A stretch of DNA of 57,327 nucleotides, from positions 1 through 57,327 of IMG/VR virus record IMGVR_UViG_3300027612_000001; one strand, given 5' to 3'. This DNA is from a virus (lineage: Duplodnaviria > Caudoviricetes). The notes below the pieces were generated by a model. The model made no database searches and was not told where the DNA came from. It saw nothing but the letters and a program-made list of their open reading frames with translations. The first letter of the stretch is position 1, and each line of letters opens with the position of its first letter. Positions 18,114 through 27,646 of this stretch are shown piece after piece. The position numbers were made by a program, and so were the translations under genes.

Positions 18114-20507
18114 TTAGCGAGCGCGGAAGACGTTGTCTTGGAGGTTCGTCAAGCTCACGCCAAATAACTGCTGACCCATAATGTATGGATCAATGTTTAG
18201 AAGCTCTCCGTATCTTCTTGCAATGAAGATCATCTGAAGCATTTCTGAATCTGCAAGAGTATCTGAGCTGAAGAAGTCAGGATCTTCAACGTAACGCGGA
18301 ATTCCGTCGGAAGTAGCTTGGATCTCTCCGCGAAGGAGCCTGTTGGCCTCGTCTCGGATACGTCTGCCGTCGTTGTCCTTGAGTTGCGCTATGTGAAGAT
18401 TGCCGTCATTTGTTGTAAAGGTAGATTGCAGAAGATCTCCTTCAAGCCCTGTCTCTGGATCGATGGTGTAGATACCAGCAGGGATTCCTAACTCTCGTGC
18501 TTGGTCTGGGAGTATTCTATAGAACTCTGTATCAACGGTTTCACCATCTTCATTAGGTGCTTGCGCTGTAACGGACTGGGCATAAGAAGGTCTGCCTTGT
18601 GGTTTGATACCACTGATCATGTCAAGCAGACGGCCTGCGGCGGCGTTAGCGAAGTTGCCAGCCTGATCCATACCGTCAGAGTTGAATCTAACGCCGAACC
18701 GATTGATCTTATCAAGAACAGATGGACCGAACTGGTTAGCTGATTCAAAGAATGGCTGTAGTAGCGCATCGACCTCTGATTGCGGTGTGTCGATTGGTAG
18801 GTTCTGAACCGCTGTGACAACAGCTTGGAACTTAGCTTTGACACTATCTTCGTACTCAGATATGTAGACTTTAACATCTTTGCCCGGTCTTGGACCGAGC
18901 TTCCTCTGATGACGAAGATCTCGCTCAACCTGATCTCTCGCGTTTGCGCGAGTAGACAAATTGAACTGACTTACGACAGTTGCGTATATCTCGTTTCTAT
19001 TCTCTACGCTATCTGAGACGCCTCGAGAGGCCGCATCTATCGCAAGAACAACTTCTCTAGTTCGACCATCAAGATAGAACTGTGAATGTATCTGTTTTGC
19101 GACAGAGGTGGCTAACTCGTTATTCTTTAGGTCATCAAGTAAGTTGCCAAAAGCGTCTTCTTGCGCCTGTATCCTTTTCTCGACGATCGTGATTGCATCA
19201 GTCTGGACTTGTTTGTTTTCATCGTTCCAGATCTTACCAACCTCAACGCTTGCTTCAGCCTGAATACCCTTGATGAGTTGCTTGTACGCAGGCTCGTTGC
19301 CTGTGAACTTGCCGAGTCGATCTGGACGAAGCTCATTGATCCGGTCAAGGATCGCCTGCTCGCGGTTGGGTACATCTGGATCAGTGAGTGCGCGAACAAG
19401 AATAGCGTCGTCTGCGACTTCGTCTTTGAACTGAGTTTCTAGCTCTCTGTTGACAACCCGAGTATCTACCGTGACGTATTGGCGTCTCATGCGTGCAGTG
19501 AACGCATCGATGTTTGCCGCAACTTCATCATTGGTCATGCCTGAGTTACGCAGTGCGCTTTCTGCTAATGCACGAACCTCTGCTTCTTCAAGATCAGAGA
19601 AGCGAGTTCCGTCAGGTAGCCCTGTCTTGAACAGCTCTTCTGCTTGAATCATCTCATCTCGATCCGCTCCACGCTCTGCGGCGGCCAATCGAGATTCTGC
19701 TAACGGCATAGCCTTGACAAGAAGAGCATCTACTTCTGCTTCAGTAAGCTCTGTAAGACCCGCAAGGCGCGTCTTTATGAAGTTACGAAGACCGATCTTA
19801 TCTTCTTCATAAAAGATAATCTCATCTAAAGGTATCTCGCCTATCAACCCGAGCGCTTTTGTTTCTTCTTTCGTCTTAAATGTAGCGGCCCTGTTATTGA
19901 TGATTGACTCAAGTGCTACAGAAACCTCTTTTGGTTGCTCTCCGATGATCGCCTTGGCTTCCTTGATGTCACGAATTCCGCTAAGACGAGGAAGAAGTTT
20001 CTGTACTTTGGTGTCGACAGCATCACGCTTAATCGAGCCGAGGCTGTCGCCAACCAAACCAAAAGCTCTTTCTGCTTGCTCTTTGTCGCCGCCGTACATA
20101 CCAAGAAGGCCAGCTCTGAATTTACCTACGTCTTCCTCGCTATCGATGTCCATGTTGACGATGTCATCAGAGAATGTCTTGACGATGTTTTCGCGAAGGG
20201 ATTGTGTTTGGTCAGCTATCTCAGCAACCTGCTTGGTGCGTGACTCAAATGCATTTTGGTTCTGGCGAAGCGCTTGCTCACGAATGACCGTAGCTGAGGG
20301 AAGGCGTTGTGCGTCAAAGAAGCTACCGCCAACGATGCTCGACTTGAGTTCTTCAAGCTCTGCGACTGATACGTTTCGACCGTCAGTTGTTGCTTGTTCG
20401 ATGTACTTACGATACTGCTCCGCATTTTCGCGACGGCGCTTACGGATCGTTTCCCGAGTATTATCTCGTTGTTCTAAGTAGTCTCCGGTAATGTCAAAGC
20501 CAAGCAT
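18114..20507 (-). CDS. Internal virion/ejection protein (helical, 797 aa)
   Basis: Position and size as in the podovirus ejection-protein trio. Confidence 0.6.
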   Translation of the reverse strand: MLGFDITGDYLEQRDNTRETIRKRRRENAEQYRKYIEQATTDGRNVSVAELEELKSSIVGGSFFDAQRLPSATVIREQALRQNQNAFESRTKQVAEIADQTQSLRENIVKTFSDDIVNMDIDSEEDVGKFRAGLLGMYGGDKEQAERAFGLVGDSLGSIKRDAVDTKVQKLLPRLSGIRDIKEAKAIIGEQPKEVSVALESIINNRAATFKTKEETKALGLIGEIPLDEIIFYEEDKIGLRNFIKTRLAGLTELTEAEVDALLVKAMPLAESRLAAAERGADRDEMIQAEELFKTGLPDGTRFSDLEEAEVRALAESALRNSGMTNDEVAANIDAFTARMRRQYVTVDTRVVNRELETQFKDEVADDAILVRALTDPDVPNREQAILDRINELRPDRLGKFTGNEPAYKQLIKGIQAEASVEVGKIWNDENKQVQTDAITIVEKRIQAQEDAFGNLLDDLKNNELATSVAKQIHSQFYLDGRTREVVLAIDAASRGVSDSVENRNEIYATVVSQFNLSTRANARDQVERDLRHQRKLGPRPGKDVKVYISEYEDSVKAKFQAVVTAVQNLPIDTPQSEVDALLQPFFESANQFGPSVLDKINRFGVRFNSDGMDQAGNFANAAAGRLLDMISGIKPQGRPSYAQSVTAQAPNEDGETVDTEFYRILPDQARELGIPAGIYTIDPETGLEGDLLQSTFTTNDGNLHIAQLKDNDGRRIRDEANRLLRGEIQATSDGIPRYVEDPDFFSSDTLADSEMLQMIFIARRYGELLNIDPYIMGQQLFGVSLTNLQDNVFRAR

Positions 20508-20509
20508 TT

Positions 20510-21361
20510 TTAACCCGTCCTACGAGGGTAGGTGGAGTCATAGAATGCGGCTTCTTCACTTGGTGACATGGAGCCAGTGACGGTAGAAGACCTGTTTGCA
20601 TTTTTCTTGGAGCTGAAGCTGAAGTTTTCTTGGAGCTTTCCTATCGTATCTGCTAGGTATTTTTGCGAGCTTCCGGCGTAATCAGAAGCATTGTTAGTGA
20701 TTGCCCGCTGATCGGTAAGCAAGTTGTTGTAACTTCCGCCGCTTGAGTTCTGGTTGTAGATATCCCTATCGAAATCTGCCGCAGTGCCATACACAGTACC
20801 GACCTCGTCCAGTGTTGCATCTCGTCCGTAGTTCAAGGTGTCTGCGTAGTTACGCGACTGGTTTATCGCCGCGTCAAATGCGGCTTGCTGTAGGGCAGGA
20901 ATTTCGGTCGCCGCCTTTCTCGCAATCTCTGCTTGCTGGTCAGTGAACTGTGTGGAGTTGTCCATGCCACGCGAGATGGCGTCTGCGAACCCTTGTGAGG
21001 CGACTGTACCGACAGTTTTATTGTATTCACCCATGAACCTATTCATGTTGCTAACATAGTTTTGGTTTACGTCTGCTGGGCTTACTCCGACTCGAGCGCC
21101 TAGTTTTGCGTAAGCTTCCTTTAGGGCTCCGTCAAGCTCAGCGCCTCGCTGTAATGCTCTGTCACGCAAAGCTCTCATATCGGCTTCTCGCTGGGCGATT
21201 CGCCCCTGCTCTTGCTGAACTAGATAGCTCTGAAGAGCAAGCTCATTAGCACGAGCCTGTGCCGCATCATCAGCTTGGTTAAACCCCTGATAAATATCTA
21301 TGAGAGTTCCGACTTTCGCTGGACCCTCTCCGAAAACTTCGAGCATGTCGCCGTAAGCCAT
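20510..21361 (-). CDS. Internal virion/ejection protein (A/Q-rich coiled coil)
   Basis: Composition and synteny. Confidence 0.55.
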   Translation of the reverse strand: MAYGDMLEVFGEGPAKVGTLIDIYQGFNQADDAAQARANELALQSYLVQQEQGRIAQREADMRALRDRALQRGAELDGALKEAYAKLGARVGVSPADVNQNYVSNMNRFMGEYNKTVGTVASQGFADAISRGMDNSTQFTDQQAEIARKAATEIPALQQAAFDAAINQSRNYADTLNYGRDATLDEVGTVYGTAADFDRDIYNQNSSGGSYNNLLTDQRAITNNASDYAGSSQKYLADTIGKLQENFSFSSKKNANRSSTVTGSMSPSEEAAFYDSTYPRRTG

Positions 21362-21364
21362 TCG

Positions 21365-22156
21365 TTACCCCATCATTTTCCGGCCAAAGCCTGATCGCAG
21401 GTTCATTAAAGATCTTGAAATTGGTCCGCGAGCCATACGCAGTGCTTCACGAGAGCCCGGAACGAACGCCATCTGCTCGTCGTCGATTGGCAAGTTGTAC
21501 GCTTGGATGTCGATAATCTCTTGACCCGGAGAAGGCTCTACATAGTTAGGGTCAGTCCCTACGTCTGACTGAGCAACCTCTGTCATTACACCATCAACAG
21601 GGGCATCCATTGACTGAGGGTCTTCTGGAGATACGATCTGCGCTTCGCCACCGATAAGGGCACGCTGTCCAAATCCTTGTTGGCCGACACCGGGCTCGCC
21701 GCCACCGACCATAGGAGCATTTTCTTGAAGCTCGACTGTTGAGTCGGAGCCGACTACTTCAGGAGCTTCTTCGCGACGTTGTTCTAAGAACTTCCGCTTG
21801 TCAGTTCCAGCCCGACGGAAAGGGGACTGTCCAAACGCATCATCTGGGCGGCCACCAACAACAGCTTCCATTACGTCTTGAGACCCGACCTCGCCCATAT
21901 CTGGAACGAACTTCCCGTCCATCTCCTGCTTCTGTCGCGCAAATGCTTCTTTGCCTGCAAGCGTTGAAGACGGAGCCTGAGAGACTTGCTGTTCTGCCCG
22001 AGCCTGCTGGATATCTCGCTGTTGAGTTGGGGCTGATCCCTGAGCGCGTGATGACTGCTGGCGCTGTGTACCGAGGCTCTGCCGTGATGCCCCTTGCGCC
22101 GCCATATTAGCCACTCGCTGACGCTGAGGGTTTGATGATGAAGCGTTGCCGCCCAT
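21365..22156 (-). CDS. Low-complexity putative virion protein (MGGNAS... N-terminus)
   Basis: AGGAG RBS; Q/S-rich; shares the C-terminal motif. Confidence 0.6.
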   Translation of the reverse strand: MGGNASSSNPQRQRVANMAAQGASRQSLGTQRQQSSRAQGSAPTQQRDIQQARAEQQVSQAPSSTLAGKEAFARQKQEMDGKFVPDMGEVGSQDVMEAVVGGRPDDAFGQSPFRRAGTDKRKFLEQRREEAPEVVGSDSTVELQENAPMVGGGEPGVGQQGFGQRALIGGEAQIVSPEDPQSMDAPVDGVMTEVAQSDVGTDPNYVEPSPGQEIIDIQAYNLPIDDEQMAFVPGSREALRMARGPISRSLMNLRSGFGRKMMG

Positions 22157-22166
22157 AACTAATCTC

Positions 22167-23966
22167 CTAAACTATGATGCGGTCGCCGTAACCACCTGAT
22201 CTACGGCGTAATGATCCGCCACGTCTGCTCCGATATTGCTGTACCGGAGTTGCTACTGAATAGGTTGTCTTTCCGTAGTCTCTCTGTCGTCCTCTGGTCA
22301 GGTAGGTGATATCAGCAGAGGGCTGTGCGGAAAATACTGGGTTGATGTTCTGTCCTGCTTGGGTGTTACCAGAAAGATCAACTGGAGCGCCTCGCTGTCT
22401 GTACGTTTGCTCGATGATCTGTTGCTGTTGATCCTGCGGAGATTCTTGATCGGGATCATCTATAGGAGTGATAACCGGGCTCTGGTCTACGTCGTCGACA
22501 ACTTCTTGGTTTGGAGGTTGCATCGACCTGTCTGCATTGTTGCTGTCTCTTGGTCCATCAGGGTTCATTACGTCTTCGACAGACAGAGATAGGCTTCTGT
22601 TGTCAGGGCCGTACTGATTGCGACCCTCAAACGTCATGTCCATTCCATCTAAGCCGAGTGACTGGCCGAAAGACTTGGACAAATTCTCCGCCCCTACGCC
22701 AGCCGCTACGCCGCTGACCACAGCCCCGCCGACTGCCGCGTCGACATTTTGGGTGCTCTCGTAGATGCCTTTTGCCGCCGACATTGCCGCTTGATCGCCA
22801 AGCATTGATCCGATCTGGTTTGATGCGAGACCTAGTGGACTGATCTGGGCAGTGGTGATTACATTGCTGTAACCGGGAACTGCTGATCCGTACTGGTTCA
22901 TCTTGTTGAAGTCCGCAACCATTCCGAAGGGGGTCATGGTGTTCATGACGAAGTCACCGGCCCGCATGCCTACCGTAGACATGCCGATGTTGCCTCTTGG
23001 GTCCAGCTCCATGTTCGTGCCGAAAGAGCCAGTTGCCCTGTTGTATCCAGAGGCCAGTGCATTAAAGTCTGATCTAGGAACTGATGAGCCAAGCAAAGCG
23101 CCGTTCGGGGTCACTTGATAGCCAAGCTCCGCTAATCCGTATGGGTCTTCAAATGTAGAGAAGTTGCTGAAAGCACCTTCTTTTGCGAGCGCCATACCCA
23201 GCTCAGTCTGGAATCCTGCAAGCTCATCGGCTGTGTAGTTTCCGTCTTCAATACCGTCCTCAGTCAATCCTTTTGCTTTGTTGTACAGACTTGTAGGGAC
23301 TGTTGGCGGGAGGCGCGTGCCCATGTAGTCGGCACGGTAAGGAGTACCCTGAGCTGTCACCTTGTTCATGAAGGTTTGAGCGGCCTCCCTTGACGCGACT
23401 TCAAATGCTTCCTGTCGCCTTGCGTTCTCCAGAGCCGCTTCGTAGGAACCACTGCGGACAGGGTTCCCGCTTGTTGACTTGAGGTTCGTGCCTTTGTTTA
23501 GGTTTGTATAGCCTTGCTGACGAAGCAGGTCATTGACTCGGTCCGATTCGCCACTTTCTACAACATTTGAGAAACTGTTGATTGCATTTTGCGTATAGCC
23601 CTTCGATGCAGTGAAGGCGTTGAAGTTGGATGAGCTTGGATTTGATGCCCCTATTGATGAGCGATCTACGCCGGGAGTTCGGTCGATGGAGTTCGGGATT
23701 CCGTCGCCATCGTTGTCGTTTGAGCTACCGCCACGGCCAACACCGCCGTCAGAGCCAGAGGTGACGGATTCCCCGGCGGCGGTCTGCTGGTCCATGTTGT
23801 CAAAGTCAGCAGAGATTGCGTCGAGCTGATCCATCTGATCATCTTGCTTGTCTGCACCGCCAGAATCGCCGCCATCGCCGCCTCCGCCAAAGCAGTAAAC
23901 AGAGCTCTCCATTTTCCAAATGAAGTAGTCAGGTGACGTTTTGTCTGGTTTGTTGAAAAAGTCCAT
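22167..23966 (-). CDS. Putative virion/ejection protein with CFGGGG motif, TSP3-like DxDGDG motif and hydrophobic G/A stretch
   Basis: Start reassigned to MDFFNK (23966), just after the GNAT stop codon. Confidence 0.6.
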   Translation of the reverse strand: MDFFNKPDKTSPDYFIWKMESSVYCFGGGGDGGDSGGADKQDDQMDQLDAISADFDNMDQQTAAGESVTSGSDGGVGRGGSSNDNDGDGIPNSIDRTPGVDRSSIGASNPSSSNFNAFTASKGYTQNAINSFSNVVESGESDRVNDLLRQQGYTNLNKGTNLKSTSGNPVRSGSYEAALENARRQEAFEVASREAAQTFMNKVTAQGTPYRADYMGTRLPPTVPTSLYNKAKGLTEDGIEDGNYTADELAGFQTELGMALAKEGAFSNFSTFEDPYGLAELGYQVTPNGALLGSSVPRSDFNALASGYNRATGSFGTNMELDPRGNIGMSTVGMRAGDFVMNTMTPFGMVADFNKMNQYGSAVPGYSNVITTAQISPLGLASNQIGSMLGDQAAMSAAKGIYESTQNVDAAVGGAVVSGVAAGVGAENLSKSFGQSLGLDGMDMTFEGRNQYGPDNRSLSLSVEDVMNPDGPRDSNNADRSMQPPNQEVVDDVDQSPVITPIDDPDQESPQDQQQQIIEQTYRQRGAPVDLSGNTQAGQNINPVFSAQPSADITYLTRGRQRDYGKTTYSVATPVQQYRSRRGGSLRRRSGGYGDRIIV

Positions 23967-23968
23967 GC

Positions 23969-24421
23969 TCACAATCTCTTCTGAAAGATTCCGCCTTGAG
24001 GCACATACCCAAGAGTTTTGCAGAAGGAGTTCCATCGGTCGTCCACGCCATGAGACGTAGGAGAGAACCACATGATCTTGACCCCCTTACTGCGCGACCA
24101 CTCTTCAAACTTGCGCATAAGACGAATGCCAACTCTCGTGGAGCTTTTGTAGTCAGGGTCAATGAACATCAGTTGTTCGTTCGCGACGAGGTCATCGCTG
24201 TAAATCATTGGTGAAATGTAACCGCTCAGGAATGCAACGATCTTCCCATCCCTGTCGTCAACGAAGTAACACCTGTTTTCCTCTCTAATTGTTCTGATCG
24301 CGTACTGTTGCATCCGCTTGATGTTGATCGGATGGTCGCGAAACATTGGCGAGTCTTTAATGAACTTAACGCCAAGTGAAACGATTTGATCTACGTCTTG
24401 CAGGATTGCTTCGCGAATCAC
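23969..24421 (-). CDS. GNAT-family acetyl/acyltransferase 2
   Basis: IREAILQD, FIDPDYKSSTRVGIRLMRKFEEW, LGY; GTGA overlap with the upstream GNAT. Confidence 0.85.
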   Translation of the reverse strand: MIREAILQDVDQIVSLGVKFIKDSPMFRDHPINIKRMQQYAIRTIREENRCYFVDDRDGKIVAFLSGYISPMIYSDDLVANEQLMFIDPDYKSSTRVGIRLMRKFEEWSRSKGVKIMWFSPTSHGVDDRWNSFCKTLGYVPQGGIFQKRL

Positions 24422-24861
24422 AGCTTGATCCCGTACTGAGGGCCGAGGTACTCGTACCCTAAGTGTTCGACCAGTTTTGAGAAGTCTTGGTCTGGGCATG
24501 CGCTAGGTGCGAAGTACATCCTGTCGCATTTGTTTTCTTCTGCCCATTCACGGAATCTTTTTAGGAATTGAATTGCGTGTCTGCCGCTTCGCTCGCTAGG
24601 CATGACGTACATGAGCTCTTGTGATGCGATTAGTGAGTGGCTAAACAGAGCGTCGGTGATTCTTGCGATGAAGAATCCTGTTATCTTTTCGTCTCTTTCA
24701 GAAACGAGAAACAGGGAGTCTGGATCCCATAAGACAGCTTCCGCATACTGTCGCATCTTATTGATGTCGAGAGGCATGTCTGAATAGACACTATCGATTA
24801 CGAAGTGACGCCCTATCTCGACGCATTCATCTAAATCGAATACGTCAGCTAGCCGTATCAT
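24418..24861 (-). CDS. GNAT-family acetyl/acyltransferase 1
   Basis: MIRLADVFD, YVMPSERSGRHAIQFLKRFREWA, LGY. Confidence 0.85.
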   Translation of the reverse strand: MIRLADVFDLDECVEIGRHFVIDSVYSDMPLDINKMRQYAEAVLWDPDSLFLVSERDEKITGFFIARITDALFSHSLIASQELMYVMPSERSGRHAIQFLKRFREWAEENKCDRMYFAPSACPDQDFSKLVEHLGYEYLGPQYGIKL

Positions 24862-25811
24862 CCGATAACAATTCTTGGGCTATTGCCAAAGCCTTGGCGA
24901 CGGCCACGGGTTCTCAATGCTCGAGAGAATGACGCCGCGTCGTTTTCGTCTACATTGACGTAGCTATATTGACCGGTGTCCTTGTCCTTAACCTTTCTTT
25001 TGTATTGAACGCCCGAAGCCATTTGAGGAAGTGTCGGAGCCATTGGAGCCACAGGGAGATCTTGTGGCAAGGTCGCACTTACATTTGGTTGGTCGTTGTC
25101 ATCAATGCCCGGAAGAGAGACAGGAGGGGTTGTCATTGGAGGAAGATTTGGATCTTCTGGCTTAGGAGCCTCTGGCATTGGAGTAGGCTCTGGTCGCTTG
25201 TTGGTAAATTCGTATGCGGCCTTGCCTGCGACCGAAGCGCCGATCAAGCCTGCATTCGAGAAACTTGAGCCAGCCGCTATTGCCGCATCTTTGACGCTCG
25301 AAGACTGCACTTTTGTAGTAGGCGAAGAGCTCGAAAAGACATCTCCGATGGCGTCGCCAGTTGCATAGCCTAATCCCGCCGCCGCTCCTGATGCGAGGGC
25401 TTGCGTGTTTGAAGATCCGCCCAGCTTAGCGGCCCCTGCGGTGAGCGCACCTGTGGCTAATGACTGACCTGTACGAGTGTTGGCGACATAGTCGAGTGCT
25501 TTCGTACCGTATTCAGCCGCTGTCTCGACCCCTTTTTGTGCATACTTCTTGATGTCTTCCCATGTCAAGTAGAACTCTTGAGCGCCAGTTGCTGGGTTGT
25601 ACTGGCCTGAAGGAGAGCCTACGACAAAGCGGTTAGGGTCTACGCCCATCTGAGACATTGTCATCTTCGCCGCCGCGACCAAGGCAGGGTTCGCCTGCTG
25701 TACTGCAAGCGGGATAACCATTTCCCCGGTCTGCGTGTAGGCGAGCGTGTCATCGCCGTTCTGCATTCCGTAGAGCTCGAGAATGTCTGCCTTGTTTGGT
25801 ACGTTGATCAT
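24858..25811 (-). CDS. Putative virion protein with N-terminal GDDTLAY..GE...NPATGAQEF domain
   Basis: Motif recalled from marine podovirus internal proteins; G/A-rich hydrophobic centre, Pro-rich linker. Confidence 0.6.
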   Translation of the reverse strand: MINVPNKADILELYGMQNGDDTLAYTQTGEMVIPLAVQQANPALVAAAKMTMSQMGVDPNRFVVGSPSGQYNPATGAQEFYLTWEDIKKYAQKGVETAAEYGTKALDYVANTRTGQSLATGALTAGAAKLGGSSNTQALASGAAAGLGYATGDAIGDVFSSSSPTTKVQSSSVKDAAIAAGSSFSNAGLIGASVAGKAAYEFTNKRPEPTPMPEAPKPEDPNLPPMTTPPVSLPGIDDNDQPNVSATLPQDLPVAPMAPTLPQMASGVQYKRKVKDKDTGQYSYVNVDENDAASFSRALRTRGRRQGFGNSPRIVIG

Positions 25812-27646
25812 TATACGTTCACCGTTGCCGCCGCGATGCCTAACTCTAGGTTCTGAGCTGTTGAGTTGTTGGTGACAACAATTTCCAGTCTCTTGCCCTG
25901 AGTGGTCGCATCGATTTCAATTACTGTCGTTAAGGACAGGTCTTGCTGTGTTGAGTTTGCTGTGTACGTCTGACCGACTGTTACGCCGTCGACAGACAAC
26001 TGGATAGTGCAAGACCCAGAAGACGTCTTGAATGCAAGGCCGTCAATGCGGATGGTCTGTTTCCAAAGACGTGAAATGAAGTACGTCTTGTTTGATACAG
26101 CCGCGCTGTTGTCTTCCCAAGTGCTATAGAAAGGTAGCGTTACAGTCGAGAAGGTTTCTGGCAACTGATTCACTGGCATCTGGCCAGCAGTGTCCAGAGT
26201 TGCTACACCGTTCGCCGCGCCCATGAATGTCTTTGGAACAAGAGCAGATGTATCGATGTCACCGTACTCAAGTGCTGTACCTGTACCGTTGACTCGAACG
26301 TACTGGTTTGCATTCGACTGAATGAATGTTGGGAGCGATGATTCTGGTGATGTTTCGAGCCACTGTGTACCGTCGTAGAACTTCAATACCGCAGGAACCT
26401 GAGATACGTCTAGCCACAAGTCACCAGTCAGGGGTGCTGTAGGGGCTGTGTTTGACGAGATCAGATTGGCTTTTCCTGACAAAGAGTTGGATAACTGGAA
26501 CACCTTAGTTTGAGGTATCTCGTTATCATTAACAGATAGCTTGGTGTATCTGATGAAACCTTGGTCGTCAGTGTATTCATCCTCAAACATGAGGCCAGCA
26601 ACAGTCTTCAATGCTTGGTTCTCAACCGTCATGATAGTGACCTTGTCACCTTCGTTCAGTGTTGAGTTGAATGTGACAGTGTTGCCGTCTGGGTTAGCAA
26701 GGTAGTCGGCGCTACCGCCTTCCTCCTGAAGAATACCGTTACGCCACACCAAGATCCGCTCTTCCGCTGTGTGCACGAAAGGTACTGTTGGTGATGCGCT
26801 GGCCAAGATGTCGTCTCGGCGGAAGTTAGTTACTGACTGAGAACGGATCGAGTAGATCGTAATCTTGTCTTCTAACTGAACGCCGGGAGATGGCTCTGAA
26901 ATTGTGATAGTTCCAGCTTGCGAGTCTGCAACATACTCAACTGGATTAGTTGAGCTAAGGAGCAGACCGTTACGATAAACAACAACGTCGTCAGTAGAAG
27001 GATCGAAAGTGTATGAGATTACATTTGCTTCTGCCGCAAGATCAGCAAGAACTACTGTTGCTTCAGCTCGAGTTCCCTGTGCGTTCTCTGGCGCTGAGAT
27101 CGTCACGGTTGGAGCTGTGATGTAGCCACTGCCGGGATCGGTTACTGTGATTGCAGTAACGGCTCCATCTGTTACTGTCGCTGTCGCTGTGGGACGAGAG
27201 CCTAAGATATCATCGTCTGGCGCAGAGAATGTCACGGTTGGCGGAGAACCTGCTTCGTAAAGCGTGCCGCCAGTTGTGACAGTGAATTCGCCCACGCCTG
27301 CCGTGACGAGTCGGTCGTTTCTATTGAAGAAGAATGGGCCTTCGATTGTTCCTGCGTTTGATCCAGATGGACCGCGCAGATCGCCAATATCGACTAGGTT
27401 CAACCAACCTTCTTCTGCACTGTTGTACTGGCCGACTCGATACTGAAGGCCGTTCTGTGAATCAACCCGTAGCTGGATCGGTCCACGGAAAACACCTTCC
27501 TCGTCAAACAGGATTCCAAAAAGCTCACCGACAGTCTTGTTTCCGAGCTCGGCGGCGTTGATGTAACGCACCAAGTTCTCAAAGTCTGTGTGAATGTTAC
27601 CCGAGTTCACATAATTCTGCGGGTGTTGTTGTCTAAGTCGCGCCAT
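25811..27646 (-). CDS. Tail/fibre-associated structural protein
   Basis: Beta-rich; GSGYITAPTVTI repeats; V.RNG.L...DY repeats. Confidence 0.65.
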   Translation of the reverse strand: MARLRQQHPQNYVNSGNIHTDFENLVRYINAAELGNKTVGELFGILFDEEGVFRGPIQLRVDSQNGLQYRVGQYNSAEEGWLNLVDIGDLRGPSGSNAGTIEGPFFFNRNDRLVTAGVGEFTVTTGGTLYEAGSPPTVTFSAPDDDILGSRPTATATVTDGAVTAITVTDPGSGYITAPTVTISAPENAQGTRAEATVVLADLAAEANVISYTFDPSTDDVVVYRNGLLLSSTNPVEYVADSQAGTITISEPSPGVQLEDKITIYSIRSQSVTNFRRDDILASASPTVPFVHTAEERILVWRNGILQEEGGSADYLANPDGNTVTFNSTLNEGDKVTIMTVENQALKTVAGLMFEDEYTDDQGFIRYTKLSVNDNEIPQTKVFQLSNSLSGKANLISSNTAPTAPLTGDLWLDVSQVPAVLKFYDGTQWLETSPESSLPTFIQSNANQYVRVNGTGTALEYGDIDTSALVPKTFMGAANGVATLDTAGQMPVNQLPETFSTVTLPFYSTWEDNSAAVSNKTYFISRLWKQTIRIDGLAFKTSSGSCTIQLSVDGVTVGQTYTANSTQQDLSLTTVIEIDATTQGKRLEIVVTNNSTAQNLELGIAAATVNV

